A stretch of 64,000 nucleotides of DNA from Porphyridium purpureum (Eukaryota), in the NCBI GenBank assembly GCA_008690995.1, contig VRMN01000011.1, positions 186,001 through 250,000 on the forward strand, given 5' to 3'. The position numbers and the translations under genes are program-made. This document shows, in pieces, positions 14,762-25,566 of this stretch; the first letter of the stretch is position 1; each line of letters opens with the position of its first letter. The notes under the pieces were generated by a model that was given only the letters and a program-made list of their open reading frames with translations, did not search any database and was not told the DNA's origin.

Positions 14762-14778
14762 TCTCTCTCTCTCTCTCT
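14762..14778 (+). repeat. (TC)n microsatellite
   Basis: tctctctctctctctct between convergent genes. Confidence 0.85.
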
Positions 14779-14979
14779 ATCTGTCGTTCCTTCGCAATGC
14801 ATTTCATCACGGGAGAAACGAGAAGTGCCGGGAGAGCATGCGGTGCGGCGGTCGGTCTGCGACGCCAAGAATTACGAAATCATCGGACAGAGCTGATACG
14901 CAACGTACAAGCCCGTCTGCCACCCACCATCACTATTTGTCTGTCGCGTTGAATGCGGCGATTTGCAAAGGTCCTATTC

Positions 14980-16434
14980 CTATGAGACAGATGTTTCCAC
15001 ACTCTTGTCTTGCTTTTCGCACTTGGCCAAGGCGGCGATTGAAAAGCTCGTATCCCCTGTGACTTCAGATTCCACCTGCACAAACGGCGGAATCCAGAGC
15101 AAGGACTCGCCACGGAGACCTTCGGCGCCTTCGCGATCGAGCTGTGTGCGCAGCAAAATGATCCCAGAGTCCTGCAAAGTGTCCATCACAAAGACTTGCT
15201 TACCCACCACGAAGCAACAGCGCTCGAGGGTCAGCGGCTTGCTCGAGGAGTCTTCAAACGCGAGCAGCGTGTTGTACTCGCGGTGCGTGAGCTGTCGCTT
15301 GAGCTCGACACGCGTCCCGCCCGGTCCCGGCCGCCGCACTGTATGCGAATAGTGGTGCACGCCATCGGCGCTTCGCCTCCGCACCCACTCCTCGACGTTC
15401 GCTTCGATCTCATTCGTAATTCCTTCATGCGCGCTCTTGCGCATGAGCACTGTTTGCACGACTTCAAAGAACTGCACCTCCTCCAGCTCTTCAAGCGCTT
15501 GGCGGTCCACCAGCCGAACCAGATACTTTTTGCGCAGCGTCTGACTGCCTGGCGTTGGTAAGCCCACCGCTTCAGCGACGAATTTGTACGCGCGATTGAT
15601 CTTTTCTTCAAAGCCAGTTGAGTTGTCCACAACATACTGTCGCCGATGCCCCACCCAGCAGCGCCGCAGCTTTGTGTCCAGGGCAATCGCCTCTTCGGGT
15701 GGCTCCGTGCGTGTCATGTTATTCAACAACGAGTAGAATTCGGGCTTGCCATCCGCTGCCGTCACGAGATGAATCACTGCCTCGTACCGATCGTCGCGCA
15801 AGTTGGCCTGTGTCCAGCCATTCATCTTGAGCATGGTGTCCCACATGGATGGACTCATGTACGCAGCGCCATCCATTGTGCCGCGATCGCACAAAATCAC
15901 CGAGGGTCGCTGAGACACGCGCGCAACGTTCACGAAAGCGTCTTCCAGCGTCATCTGAGTCTTGAGTAGGCTTGCCTGGAACTCGATCACTTTGAGCTCA
16001 GTATTAAGCAGCCTAAAGTTGGCGCCACCAGTGAATAACAGCGTGGCTGCTTCTGCCACCATGTAAACTTCAAAGCCTCGAGATCGTAGCCGCTCTGCCA
16101 CTACTGCCATACCGGTCGACTTGCCGGCGCATGGACCTCCGGTCATCACGATTCGGAACACGGGCGTACCATCTTTGAGCTTCTCGCTCTGTCGAAGGGC
16201 GATCTCTGCTGCCTCACCACACTGCTCACTGTCTTCGGCTTCGTCGCTCCCATCCAGCACACTTTGCCACACCCCCTTGAAGTGCTGCGTTAAGCTCGAT
16301 ATTGCTGGCTGCTCCGTCAGTTCTGACGGCTTCTTCGGAACTGATATTGGGGCACTGGACGGCCCGGGCGACGCAGATTGTTGCGTCTCGGATCCATCGC
16401 TGCGACCCACTTCTACTGGGTCCGCCGTGTCCAT
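14980..16434 (-). CDS. TTD14-like protein (NadR/Ttd14 AAA P-loop domain plus C-terminal CYTH-like domain)
   Basis: RIVMTGGPCAGKST, EAATLLF.GG, CDRGTMDGAAY, RYEAVIHLVTAADG, W.GH....VDNSTGFEEK; C-terminal E.VRRR and VESEVTGD. Confidence 0.88.
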   Translation of the reverse strand: MDTADPVEVGRSDGSETQQSASPGPSSAPISVPKKPSELTEQPAISSLTQHFKGVWQSVLDGSDEAEDSEQCGEAAEIALRQSEKLKDGTPVFRIVMTGGPCAGKSTGMAVVAERLRSRGFEVYMVAEAATLLFTGGANFRLLNTELKVIEFQASLLKTQMTLEDAFVNVARVSQRPSVILCDRGTMDGAAYMSPSMWDTMLKMNGWTQANLRDDRYEAVIHLVTAADGKPEFYSLLNNMTRTEPPEEAIALDTKLRRCWVGHRRQYVVDNSTGFEEKINRAYKFVAEAVGLPTPGSQTLRKKYLVRLVDRQALEELEEVQFFEVVQTVLMRKSAHEGITNEIEANVEEWVRRRSADGVHHYSHTVRRPGPGGTRVELKRQLTHREYNTLLAFEDSSSKPLTLERCCFVVGKQVFVMDTLQDSGIILLRTQLDREGAEGLRGESLLWIPPFVQVESEVTGDTSFSIAALAKCEKQDKSVETSVS

Positions 16435-16592
16435 CGCTGCGCAGGATAATATCGACGACGAGACTTCACGTCGTCCACCTCTCCCTTAAATTTTGAGTTT
16501 CTTGTGCTTCACGAGCAAGATGCACGCTGACAAGCTTACTGTGCGTGACCAGCTGCACTAGCCACTAGTGTGTTTTGCTGGGTAAAGTGAGG

Positions 16593-17558
16593 ATGGTCGT
16601 GTTCGGACAGATTGTGCTGGGCCCCGCAGGGTGCGGGAAAAGCACGTACTGCGCTGCGCTCCAGGCGCATTGCGCATCGTCGCACGGCATGGCGCGGCGG
16701 GTAATGCATGTCATCAATCTGGACCCTGCGGCCGAATCGTTTGCGTACGAGCCCCTGGCCGACGTCAGGGAGCTCGTGAATGTGGACGAAGTGGCGGAGG
16801 AGGTTGAACTAGGCCCCAATGGCGCACTTGTCTGGGCCATGGAGTATTTAGTGGATAATCTGGACTGGCTTACCGATATCATTCAGGAGCAACTCGTAGA
16901 AGGCGACTATGTCCTTTTTGATTGTCCCGGCCAAATCGAGCTCTACACCCATTACAACATTATGCGGCGGATCACAAATGCGCTGGTCGAGCTGGGGATG
17001 AGGCTCTGCTCAGTCTTTCTTATAGACTCGTCGTACGCGCTGGAGGCCTCAAAGTTCATGGGTGGATCATTGTCCGCGATGTCGGCCATGGTTCAGTTGG
17101 AGCTGCCTCACGTGAGCGTACTGTCTAAAATGGACCTTTTGCTGCGCAGACCAGAGCTGAGTGATTCTCAAACACACGCAGACGCAGGTCATGTAGAGAC
17201 AAAGGTCGCGGATGACTCGTATCGGCTGGCGCGTTTGTTTCTTCATATGATGTCGAGCGACGTAGAACTCGACGAGCCCGAGATGAAGCTCGAGCTTGAG
17301 CTTGCTTTGCGTCCCGCTCTCGCAGTTTATCAAGGGAAAGAAAGTACCGAGGAACAGTCTGGGTTTGAAAAATTACACTGCGCTATTTCAGATTTGCTCT
17401 CAGAGACCAGCATCGTGCAGTTTTACCCTCTCGACTTGAAGCAAGACGAAGTGATTCAAGATCTCATTGTGCAGATCGACCTCATCGTGCAGTACGATGA
17501 GGTTGCTGAGCTTCGCATCGGCGATGTGGAAGAGAAAGATCCAGATGAAGATGTTTGA
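16593..17558 (+). CDS. GPN3: GPN-loop GTPase 3
   Basis: GPAGCGKSTYC, NLDPAAE, LGPNGALV..MEY, FDCPGQIELYTH, KFMGG.LSAMSAM..LELPHVSVLSKMDLL. Confidence 0.9.
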   Translation: MVVFGQIVLGPAGCGKSTYCAALQAHCASSHGMARRVMHVINLDPAAESFAYEPLADVRELVNVDEVAEEVELGPNGALVWAMEYLVDNLDWLTDIIQEQLVEGDYVLFDCPGQIELYTHYNIMRRITNALVELGMRLCSVFLIDSSYALEASKFMGGSLSAMSAMVQLELPHVSVLSKMDLLLRRPELSDSQTHADAGHVETKVADDSYRLARLFLHMMSSDVELDEPEMKLELELALRPALAVYQGKESTEEQSGFEKLHCAISDLLSETSIVQFYPLDLKQDEVIQDLIVQIDLIVQYDEVAELRIGDVEEKDPDEDV

Positions 17559-17729
17559 GGTGAGTGGGATAAGTCCGACGTACGTCGCTCGGTCTTTTGC
17601 TGGTTTTCTTTCTCATGCTCGACGTCGCAACAGCTGCCAAGGAGCGAAGCAAGGCAAGCTTTACTGATACAGATGCAAGCGCTACTGACACGCGGCATAC
17701 CGCGACACTACGATACGAGGATTGCTGCA

Positions 17730-19460
17730 CTAGATCGAGCTGAATGTTGCCTCGCCCCGTTTTCGCGACTTAATGCGATCCACAACCCCAGCAAACTTGC
17801 GCTCCAAGCGCTCCTGTACTCCTTTCAAGGGAATGCGCTGTACAATCTCACCGGTGAATCCTTTCAAGAGCAAGAGGCGCGAATCTTCTGGAGAGAGTCC
17901 GCGCGACTGCAGGTAAAACAACTCCTCGTCGCTAAGGTCTGACACCGTGGCGCCGTGCGTCGCTTTCACGTCTTCATTGTAGATAATCAGCGATGGCATG
18001 ATATCCACTCGGGCATTCGAGCTCAGCAGGAGAGAGCGACACATTTGCTCAGAATCGGTTTGAGAGGCATGCGGAGCCACGTAGATCATCCCGCGAAAAA
18101 CAGACTTGGCCTTATCTAGCGCAACATTCTTTTGCAACTGCTCGCTCTTGCAATGTGGTACATTGTGGTTGATCTCGGAGTGCAGGTCCATGACAGCAGT
18201 TTGTTCTGCAAAACAAAGCCCGTGAACTTCGCCATATGCTTCTTTCTCATCCAAGTCTACCGTCACGTCCCAACGCGAAAGGCTGCCGCCCGCATTGATT
18301 GTTGTACACACATACTGTGCGCCTTGGGCAAGCTTCGCCGCGCACACGCCCAGGTGTGCGCCCTTTCCCTCCGGTAGCTCGCTCACCAATGCATGGGTTA
18401 GCGAGGCATTCGATGCAAGTGCGGCGACACACAGGCTGTTGACAAACACAGAGGACGAGTCGTTGCTATCATCACCGTCCAGAAGAAGATGCGACTCGGT
18501 CACAACCAGTGACGCATCTTGCTCCAGGCAAACTACAATCGATGGTGAGCACATGCTGGCTGCAGAGCTCTGGCTGCTTGCTGCACACAAAATATGGACC
18601 GCGTTGGGAACCTGCACCCTGTTCGGTACGTGGAGCACGAGCGCGTCCGGAGACGACACGGCCTGCAGCCATTCGAATGCAGACACTTTAGAGCTTTGCT
18701 TCCTTTGCAAAAGCAGTTCGACCGCGCGCTCTTTGATAGCCTTCGGCGCATCAGAGATGGACCCAAAGTAGACGCCTTTTGCGAGCAGATCAAGCCCCGT
18801 CGACAAGTTGCTCACAAATCGTCCGTCGACCACGACCAGGTTCACGTCTGCGTCTTGGAAGCGCTCTGCGTCTGATGCGCTGAGGCTTGGTCCAGCAGAA
18901 TTCGTTTCAGGCCGCATTGCCAAGAGCGCGCGCATGTCAGTGTATCGCCACATCTCCTCCTTGCGGCCTGGGAACATGGAGTCGATCATTTTCCCTCGTG
19001 CCGAGTGGACATATGGCACCAGTACGGAATCGGTGGCGAGATCATCTGCATTCTTCTGTGCTGCGCGAACCGCAGACTCCCACCAGAGCTCACGCTCATT
19101 CTTGGGCACATCGAAATCCGGCAGGCCCGCTACGCCCTCCGCGCCGCCAGTGAGCCCACCACCCCTCAACGCACGCTCCTCTTCCAACGCCAAGTTGCTG
19201 ACCTTGACCGCATTCTCCGACGACGACCCCTCCGAGCCTTCCGCGGCCAGCGGTCCCAGCGCTGCGCGACGACGACTGTCACGCGTTACAGCGCACAGTC
19301 GTCCCGCTGCCGCGGCGTGCGGCCGTGCAGGCGCCGGCACCGCAGGCACCGATACCCGGCGAACATAAGCCGGCGCCGGAGCCGCAGTCGCCAACGCGGT
19401 CACGGCGACGGCCGCAGCAGTTGTCGGTGCGGACGTCGCTCCCACAAATCCCAATCCCAT
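17730..19460 (-). CDS. sufD: Plastid Fe-S cluster assembly protein SufD
   Basis: EMWRYTD, SEQLQKNV, SVFRGMIYV..ASQTDSEQ..RSLLLS, P.LII.NEDVKATHGATVSDL..EELFYLQSRG; start MGLGFVG.. Confidence 0.95.
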   Translation of the reverse strand: MGLGFVGATSAPTTAAAVAVTALATAAPAPAYVRRVSVPAVPAPARPHAAAAGRLCAVTRDSRRRAALGPLAAEGSEGSSSENAVKVSNLALEEERALRGGGLTGGAEGVAGLPDFDVPKNERELWWESAVRAAQKNADDLATDSVLVPYVHSARGKMIDSMFPGRKEEMWRYTDMRALLAMRPETNSAGPSLSASDAERFQDADVNLVVVDGRFVSNLSTGLDLLAKGVYFGSISDAPKAIKERAVELLLQRKQSSKVSAFEWLQAVSSPDALVLHVPNRVQVPNAVHILCAASSQSSAASMCSPSIVVCLEQDASLVVTESHLLLDGDDSNDSSSVFVNSLCVAALASNASLTHALVSELPEGKGAHLGVCAAKLAQGAQYVCTTINAGGSLSRWDVTVDLDEKEAYGEVHGLCFAEQTAVMDLHSEINHNVPHCKSEQLQKNVALDKAKSVFRGMIYVAPHASQTDSEQMCRSLLLSSNARVDIMPSLIIYNEDVKATHGATVSDLSDEELFYLQSRGLSPEDSRLLLLKGFTGEIVQRIPLKGVQERLERKFAGVVDRIKSRKRGEATFSSI

Positions 19461-20463
19461 CCTGCTCACACACATCAACACACCCTCTACGTGTCTGCTT
19501 CCCTCACACAAGCAACACCATCCATCGCTGGATCTCCCGCCGCCGCAACCACCGGCTTGTGCCAGTGACACACTGTCAGTGAGCACTGCCGCATTACATA
19601 GGTACACTTACAACTGTACTTGCGATTCCGCGCGTCGCAGCGGCGCGCAGCACAGCACGCCGCGAGTCGCACGCGCTGTGCGTGACGGTGGCGCGGGAGA
19701 GTTGAGCGGCGGTGCGCTGTGTTTCGACCGCGGCAACCGGCGTGCCGTCGCGCTCAGGCCGCGGCCCAAGTGCGCAGACTGGCTGGAAGTCGAGTGGCAA
19801 GGTAGAAGGCACGAAAGACGGACAGAGTGCGCGTGGCGAACGTGAAGGCTGAGCAGTGAGCACGGGAAGATGGACAGCAGCATCGGCGTGAATGCTTGGC
19901 GTGAATGAAACATTCTTCACCATTTTTCCACGAAAAGCTGTCAACGCAAGCGGGTTCGATGCTTTCAGAGTTTGAGTCCTTGGGTTTGTGGTAAAAGAAA
20001 ACGCCAGCATGCTCAAATTAAGAGGGCCCTGGATGAGATGAACCACATGCGTCGTATCGCAGCTGCACTTGCAGCCCACCTCGGCCAACAGGAGACTGGA
20101 AGGGCAACGGCGCGGAAGGACATTTGTACTCGATGGCGCTACGCGCCGCTGCGGTTATAGGTCGATATTGTCGTCCATTGCTAATCTGGTTGCTCGCGGA
20201 GAAGCCAGCAAACCAGTTTTGGCTCGCAAAACCTTTGCAACTTGAAGCCGCTTGCTCAAGCCAGTGGACCAGCGACGATGCAACAAGGTCCGTTTAGAGC
20301 TCGCGCGAATCGCTCGCGCTCCACCAACAAAGTCGGCATTTGTATTGCAACACCTTCGGTCACGCTGACGGAGAGGATGCCAGCCAAGTCCTCAGCGTGG
20401 GAGCAACCCAGAGATAGCACACGTACCACAAACAGAGCGCCTTCTTCACGCCGTTAAATGTTT

Positions 20464-20760
20464 TGGACAGCAGAGGAGGATGATCGGCTCTTTTTGCTTG
20501 TGGAAATGCTCGGTGCCACCAAGTCGAAAAAGATTGCTTCGGAGATGGGGTCGAAGAACGGCAAACATTGCTCCGAGCGCTTTCATTAATCGCGTAAATA
20601 CGGAGATGAGAAAAGCCAACTGGACTCCACGAGCAGAGTACCTCATCCTGATACTGTGCGAGTAGCTGGGCAAGAACTGGAGAAAGGTCGGCCCATGCCT
20701 GCTCTGTCGGTCGCAAAACGCGGTAAAGGAACCGATATTATGCAACGTTTTTGCAGCTAT
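20464..20760 (+). pseudogene. R2R3-type Myb transcription factor pseudogene
   Basis: WTAEEDDRLFLLVEMLGATKSKKIASEMGSKNGKHCSERF, then shifted at ~20581 INRVNTEMRKANWTPRAEYLILILCE*LGKNWRKV..CRSQNAVK, then shifted at ~20729 NRYY; two frameshifts and an in-frame TAG at 20663-20665. Confidence 0.82.
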
Positions 20761-21110
20761 GAGCAAGATGTACAATCAATTAAAAGAGGACTCAGAAGGC
20801 CATTTCAATGCGCTCGTGAAAAGATTGCGTCGCCCATGCCGATTATTTTTAAAGCATTCTTCTTTTATTAAAAAGCTTGCCGGGAGAACGCGAAGCACAG
20901 CAGCAAGGTCAAGACTACGACATAATGCTCCCAAGGCAACACGTTCTCACTCCTTACAGACATATGCTGGGATGCGGTATGCGTCACAACTTCATGCCAT
21001 TTTTCAATACTTGTCCGAAGAATTCTCTTTCACGTTAATGGCCGATCGTACTCGGAACTCGCGCATATCCCTCGAGCACAGCACAAGCCGATGACGCACA
21101 GTCAGCACCA

Positions 21111-21560
21111 TCACTGCTCTTTCTTTCTCGGCTCTGCTGTCCGCTTTCTCTTACCCACTGCACGCGTCTCCGATGTTCGCACCGGCTTCACGAGTGGCTG
21201 TTGGCTCTCCCGCAGCAAGTGCCGCATGAGCGCCCCTTGCGCACGCGCTTGAATGACACTTCGACTTCGTCTGGAAGGAACGGGAGACGCAACTCGGTCG
21301 CTACCCACAACCTGACTTTCCAGGAGAACCCCGGGACGCAGCTTACCTACGGCATCAGACTCGCAGTGCTCTTCCTGTTCGCGTAGGGCCACGGTCCCTG
21401 CCATATTCGTGCCCGAACTGGGTTGCAAGGCACTGGTGCGATTCTGCAGCACCTCCTGCTCCTTTTCTCGCGGCCCGTACGGTCCTTGTATGCCTCTTTG
21501 AGGTTTCCGCGGCTTGTGCGCGCCGGACTGCTCTGTCGTGTCACTCGAACTCAACCCCAT
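21111..21560 (-). CDS. Possible short hydrophilic hypothetical protein
   Basis: 149-aa ATG-initiated ORF with a basic C-terminal KRKR motif; no homology recognised. Confidence 0.25.
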   Translation of the reverse strand: MGLSSSDTTEQSGAHKPRKPQRGIQGPYGPREKEQEVLQNRTSALQPSSGTNMAGTVALREQEEHCESDAVGKLRPGVLLESQVVGSDRVASPVPSRRSRSVIQARAQGALMRHLLRESQQPLVKPVRTSETRAVGKRKRTAEPRKKEQ

Positions 21561-22065
21561 GACGCGGCCCCTCCGACCGACTCGGCAGCCCGCCGTTCGC
21601 CTTTACGGCCAGCGCGGCCATCTTGAAACGCGGCCGGGTGCCCCTTCGTCCAAATGTCGCGCGGTGTGCCCCTTCGACATGTCGGCGCCCTTTGCACAAA
21701 GCATGCGCTTGAGCGTTTGCGCTCGCCACGCGCAAGAAGTACAGTGGACGACTCGGGTGTGTGATTTGCCAAAAAGCTCGCGCGTTTGTTCACGGTCTCG
21801 GCACGCAGAGCATCGGGCCCACGCCAATTGCGCCATGGTGGTGAACTTGGAATGCAAAACGGACAGACAGCGTGGCAGCAAACTTTTCTTTACCTCTGCT
21901 CTCAAATCTTAGTCCGCTTCGGACCTTTCGTCACTTATATTGTAAGGAAGCATCGCCCGGTGCATTTCGCCCAACACTTGAAGTACAGGTGGTATTATGT
22001 TTTCGTTTCGGAAGCGAGACAGGCCTCACCGTGATATCGGCAAGGCACGGCTGTGTGCGGCGAGA

Positions 22066-22518
22066 TTAGCGGTACAGGCCGTTGTTGAGCTTGTCAATGA
22101 CGTATTCTGGTCGAGACGGCAGCGCAATGAGGTTGTTCTTGTACTTCTCCACCACGGACTTCTGCGTCGCAGTGAGGGTTTCAATCTTCAGCACATCATC
22201 CACAGATTCGAACGGTCCGTTCTTCACGATCTCACGCGCAATGTTCGGGTACATGCCGGGGTACTTTGTGTACGCGCGGATGTTCGCATTGTTCACGTCA
22301 ATCTTGTCTGATCCGCCCAAATACATGACTCCCTCGTACTCCATTTCTGCATTCGCCCCGCGCGCGACGCCGAACGCGGCCACGGCGGCCGCGGCCACGC
22401 TGAGCATCTGGCGGCGCGAGACCTGCGCGTCGTCCGCGTTCATGCTCATGCGCACGCCGCAGGTCGACTGGGAGCGGCGCGTCTGCGCGCCCATCACACT
22501 TGCCCCAACAAACGCCAT
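22066..22518 (-). CDS. psbU: Photosystem II extrinsic 12-kDa protein PsbU
   Basis: KIDVNNANIRAYTKYPGMYPNIA..IV.NGPF; MAFV transit peptide followed by an SRR..hydrophobic..ANA lumen-targeting signal. Confidence 0.98.
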   Translation of the reverse strand: MAFVGASVMGAQTRRSQSTCGVRMSMNADDAQVSRRQMLSVAAAAVAAFGVARGANAEMEYEGVMYLGGSDKIDVNNANIRAYTKYPGMYPNIAREIVKNGPFESVDDVLKIETLTATQKSVVEKYKNNLIALPSRPEYVIDKLNNGLYR

Positions 22519-23524
22519 CTTCTTCGGCTTGCGTCGCTCCTTCCCTCCTGCGTACCAGCTCGCGTCCTCACGGCTTGAACCTATCTCCCTTCCTTGCTTC
22601 CCCCTTCTCCTTCTCCTTCCCTGCCCGTCATGCACGTGTCGGTCGCTATTAGTACGAAGCCCCCCCTCGCTCCCCAGATCGCTTCGAATAGCCGCCTCGG
22701 AAACAGCGTATCAAACCGGCGTTCTGTGCTATGGGCCTCCCGCGCAAATCTCATCGCGCGCCTCGCGTCTATCAAAGCACGCGCGTTTGCCTACGGCGCG
22801 CGAGCTGCGGAGAGAGAGAGAGCCCGAGCGCAGGAGGTTCAGCGCCATGCGAGCGACCAGCGCTGTGCATGCCACGCGCACGCATTCGTTTGTCATCTGT
22901 GATGACTGTACCCCAGCGCGCGCGGGTACAGTGGTCGTGTCGTGCCTGACAGAGGGGTGGTGGCTTGGCATGCACGCGGGGCACGGGCAATGCATGGCAG
23001 TGCGCGGGGCGGCCCAGACGCGACAGTGCAGCTGCATTGCAGCAGAAATCTTGCGTGGTGACATCGGCCCTGCTTCCATTTCCAGCGTTATCGGTGCATC
23101 ATGAAGGAAGCGCGTCGTTTTCGTGTTTCAGCGCGCATCGGCTCTTCCGCAGCCAAGAAGGCCGTGCTTCTCCCCGCTCGGCGTTGACGCTGTGCGGGCA
23201 GATTGCCGACTCGGTGAATGCGTGCGAATACAAAGTTGAAAAAACATTTTGTCTAGCCGGAATGCTTCACCGTGATTCAGGGTGCGTGCGTGCGTGAATA
23301 TGACCTGATATTGACCACTCCAGCTCCGAAGACGAATGGCTGTGCAAAGACACTTTCTTTCAGGTGCGCATCTAGGCATACCTCCAAAAGAGCTGCTTGG
23401 ATAGCGCAACAACCATTGTGACAGGCTTCAAAGCCCCGCTGGGTGGTGTAAAGGCCCAATGCTTTAGTGCAGGGCTATTTACAGGCAGCTCAGGTTTTCC
23501 GACGAGCCATACCCAAAACCGGAC

Positions 23525-24086
23525 TGCTTCTCGGCGTTTACCACAGTTCTGCTCAAGGACGGCACCACCAAGACCATGAACAAGCTCCAAATCGCCGATC
23601 GCGTGCAGATCTGTGCATCACAATTCTCGCCGATCATGTTTTGCGGTGACAGAATGGCCGACGCGACCTCTTCAAATTATGTCCACATCATGCTCGCATC
23701 AGGTCGCCAACTGGTGCTGAGCGCACGGCATCTTGCGCACGTTAAATGGTGAGCTCGCTGCCGCAGACTCCATCCGTGTTGGAGATCGGATGCGCGACGC
23801 CGTGTTGGGTCAGTCCGCGGCAGTCGTATCCGTTGAGCAAAATGTGACGGCAAAAGGCCTGTACAGCCCTCACACTGCACGCGGTGATATTGTTGTAGAC
23901 GGCGTGCTTGTTTCCTGCTACAGCGTGCTCGCCCGGCAATTCACACACGCGCTCCTCGTGGTTGAGCGTCTTCTGCGCTCATTCGGGCTCAGTTCTATGA
24001 GCACACTGTTGGAAGGCGAAACCCTATGGCGGTTGCGTGCGCTTTTACCTACCAATGGTGTATCCATCTTGCGCGCTGCAAATTAG
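23525..24086 (+). pseudogene. Hedgehog-type Hint/Hog autoprocessing domain, frameshifted; upstream N-terminal part degraded
   Basis: CFSAFTTVLLKDGTTKTMNKLQIADRV..FSPIMF..SGRQLVLSARH, +1 shift at AAA 23744-23746, then NGELAAADSIRVGD..GLYSPHTARGDIVVDGVLVSCYS; in-frame TAG at 23465 just upstream. Confidence 0.88.
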
Positions 24087-24294
24087 ATGAGAGCTTTTAC
24101 GAGAATTCCTCTCATTTCTCCGCATATCAGATGGACCACACGAGCGGGGAGCCGGACCTCAGAGCTCGAGCATAACGTTTTGAGTCCCCCGCTGCTGCCG
24201 CTGCGTGAAGCATGCCAAGCTCGAGGCAAAGGATGCCCACAGAGCCCAAGTCTCCGGGTCGATTACACCAACCCATAGATTGCACAACAAGATC

Positions 24295-25566
24295 TTAGGG
24301 TTTGCGAGCAGAAAGTGTAGTAAAGGCCATGAGGTCCAGTTGGAAAGCCTCAATCATGTGACGCATAGCAAGTGCTGACCGCACGGCGTCTGGGCCAACA
24401 CGCATGAGCTCTTCAACGCCCTTTTTGGAGAACGCCGACTTGACCACATCATCCCAGAACGGCTCCACGTTCTTCGTCCAGTTATCTCGAGACAGTGCGC
24501 GGAAGCCGCAACGCAGAGCCTGGTTCTCTAGTTCACTTCCGCTGCACATGTATGAAATACAGTACTTTTCGTAAATGCTTAGCAATACGTACTGTTCGTT
24601 CACAGTGAGAGCCGGCGGACACTCACGGTGGCACCAAGCCGCGACAAGTAGCCGCCCGCCTGGCTTTAAGACGCGAAAGGCTTCTCGGAAGAACTGCATT
24701 TTGTCTGGATAATGCTCGACTGACTCAAGACTCCACACCAAGTCAAACGACTTATCCGCAAAAGGCAAACGCATCGCATCTCCGATCTGGAGCTTGCATC
24801 TTGTGCCTAGCATGGAAGCCTCATTGAGCGCATTCCCGCGCTCCACTTGCACTGGGCTCAACGTCACGCCTGTCACCGTCGCCTGCGGCAAGCGCCGAGC
24901 AAGATATCTAGTCGCGCCGCCGATTCCGCATCCGACATCGAGCACACTTTTCGGTGCGTCCGGTGAGCCTGGGACGGCCCATTTTTCGCCTCCGCCAAAC
25001 TGGATGAGGCGATCCATCATATCGATCTGTGCCTGCTTGGGGTCTACGCCTTTCGACTGCTTCCCAGAGGGGTAAAAGCCGTGGTGCATGTGCTCGCCCC
25101 ACACATTCTCCCACATCTCGCTGCGAAGGTCGTAAAACTTGGCAATCTTGGGATTGATCTCATCCGCGTCAGCACGCTGCTGTGCGCGGCGCTTTACGTA
25201 CTGCGAGCGGCGGCGCACCTTCACAATCATCGAAGCATATAAAACGGAAAACACGACGAAGAAAGCCTGCAGTCCTACATCAATCCACCCCTGCTGCTTC
25301 GGCGCGAGATCCAAGCGCGACGCCGCCTGCGCCGCGACCGCGACGGTCGATCTCGTCGCTGTCCTGTCCTTTCCCTTGGCCACCACGGCCTCCTTTCCGA
25401 CACGCATCTGATGCTTGGCGCCAGGCAGCACAACACGAATCATACGCTTCCGCGTCGGATGCTGCTGCGGCTGCTGCATGCGATCGCCTTCCATCCAAAC
25501 TGCCACGCTGGCTGGCGCACGCACGCGCGACGAAGCAGGCAAAACATGGAGTCCTATAAACGCCAT
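24295..25566 (-). CDS. VTE4: Gamma-tocopherol O-methyltransferase (VTE4-like)
   Basis: IAKFYD..S.MWENVWGEHMHHGFY, AQIDM, VLDVGCGIGG..RYLA, FDLVWSLES.EH.PDK, WCHR. Confidence 0.9.
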   Translation of the reverse strand: MAFIGLHVLPASSRVRAPASVAVWMEGDRMQQPQQHPTRKRMIRVVLPGAKHQMRVGKEAVVAKGKDRTATRSTVAVAAQAASRLDLAPKQQGWIDVGLQAFFVVFSVLYASMIVKVRRRSQYVKRRAQQRADADEINPKIAKFYDLRSEMWENVWGEHMHHGFYPSGKQSKGVDPKQAQIDMMDRLIQFGGGEKWAVPGSPDAPKSVLDVGCGIGGATRYLARRLPQATVTGVTLSPVQVERGNALNEASMLGTRCKLQIGDAMRLPFADKSFDLVWSLESVEHYPDKMQFFREAFRVLKPGGRLLVAAWCHRECPPALTVNEQYVLLSIYEKYCISYMCSGSELENQALRCGFRALSRDNWTKNVEPFWDDVVKSAFSKKGVEELMRVGPDAVRSALAMRHMIEAFQLDLMAFTTLSARKP

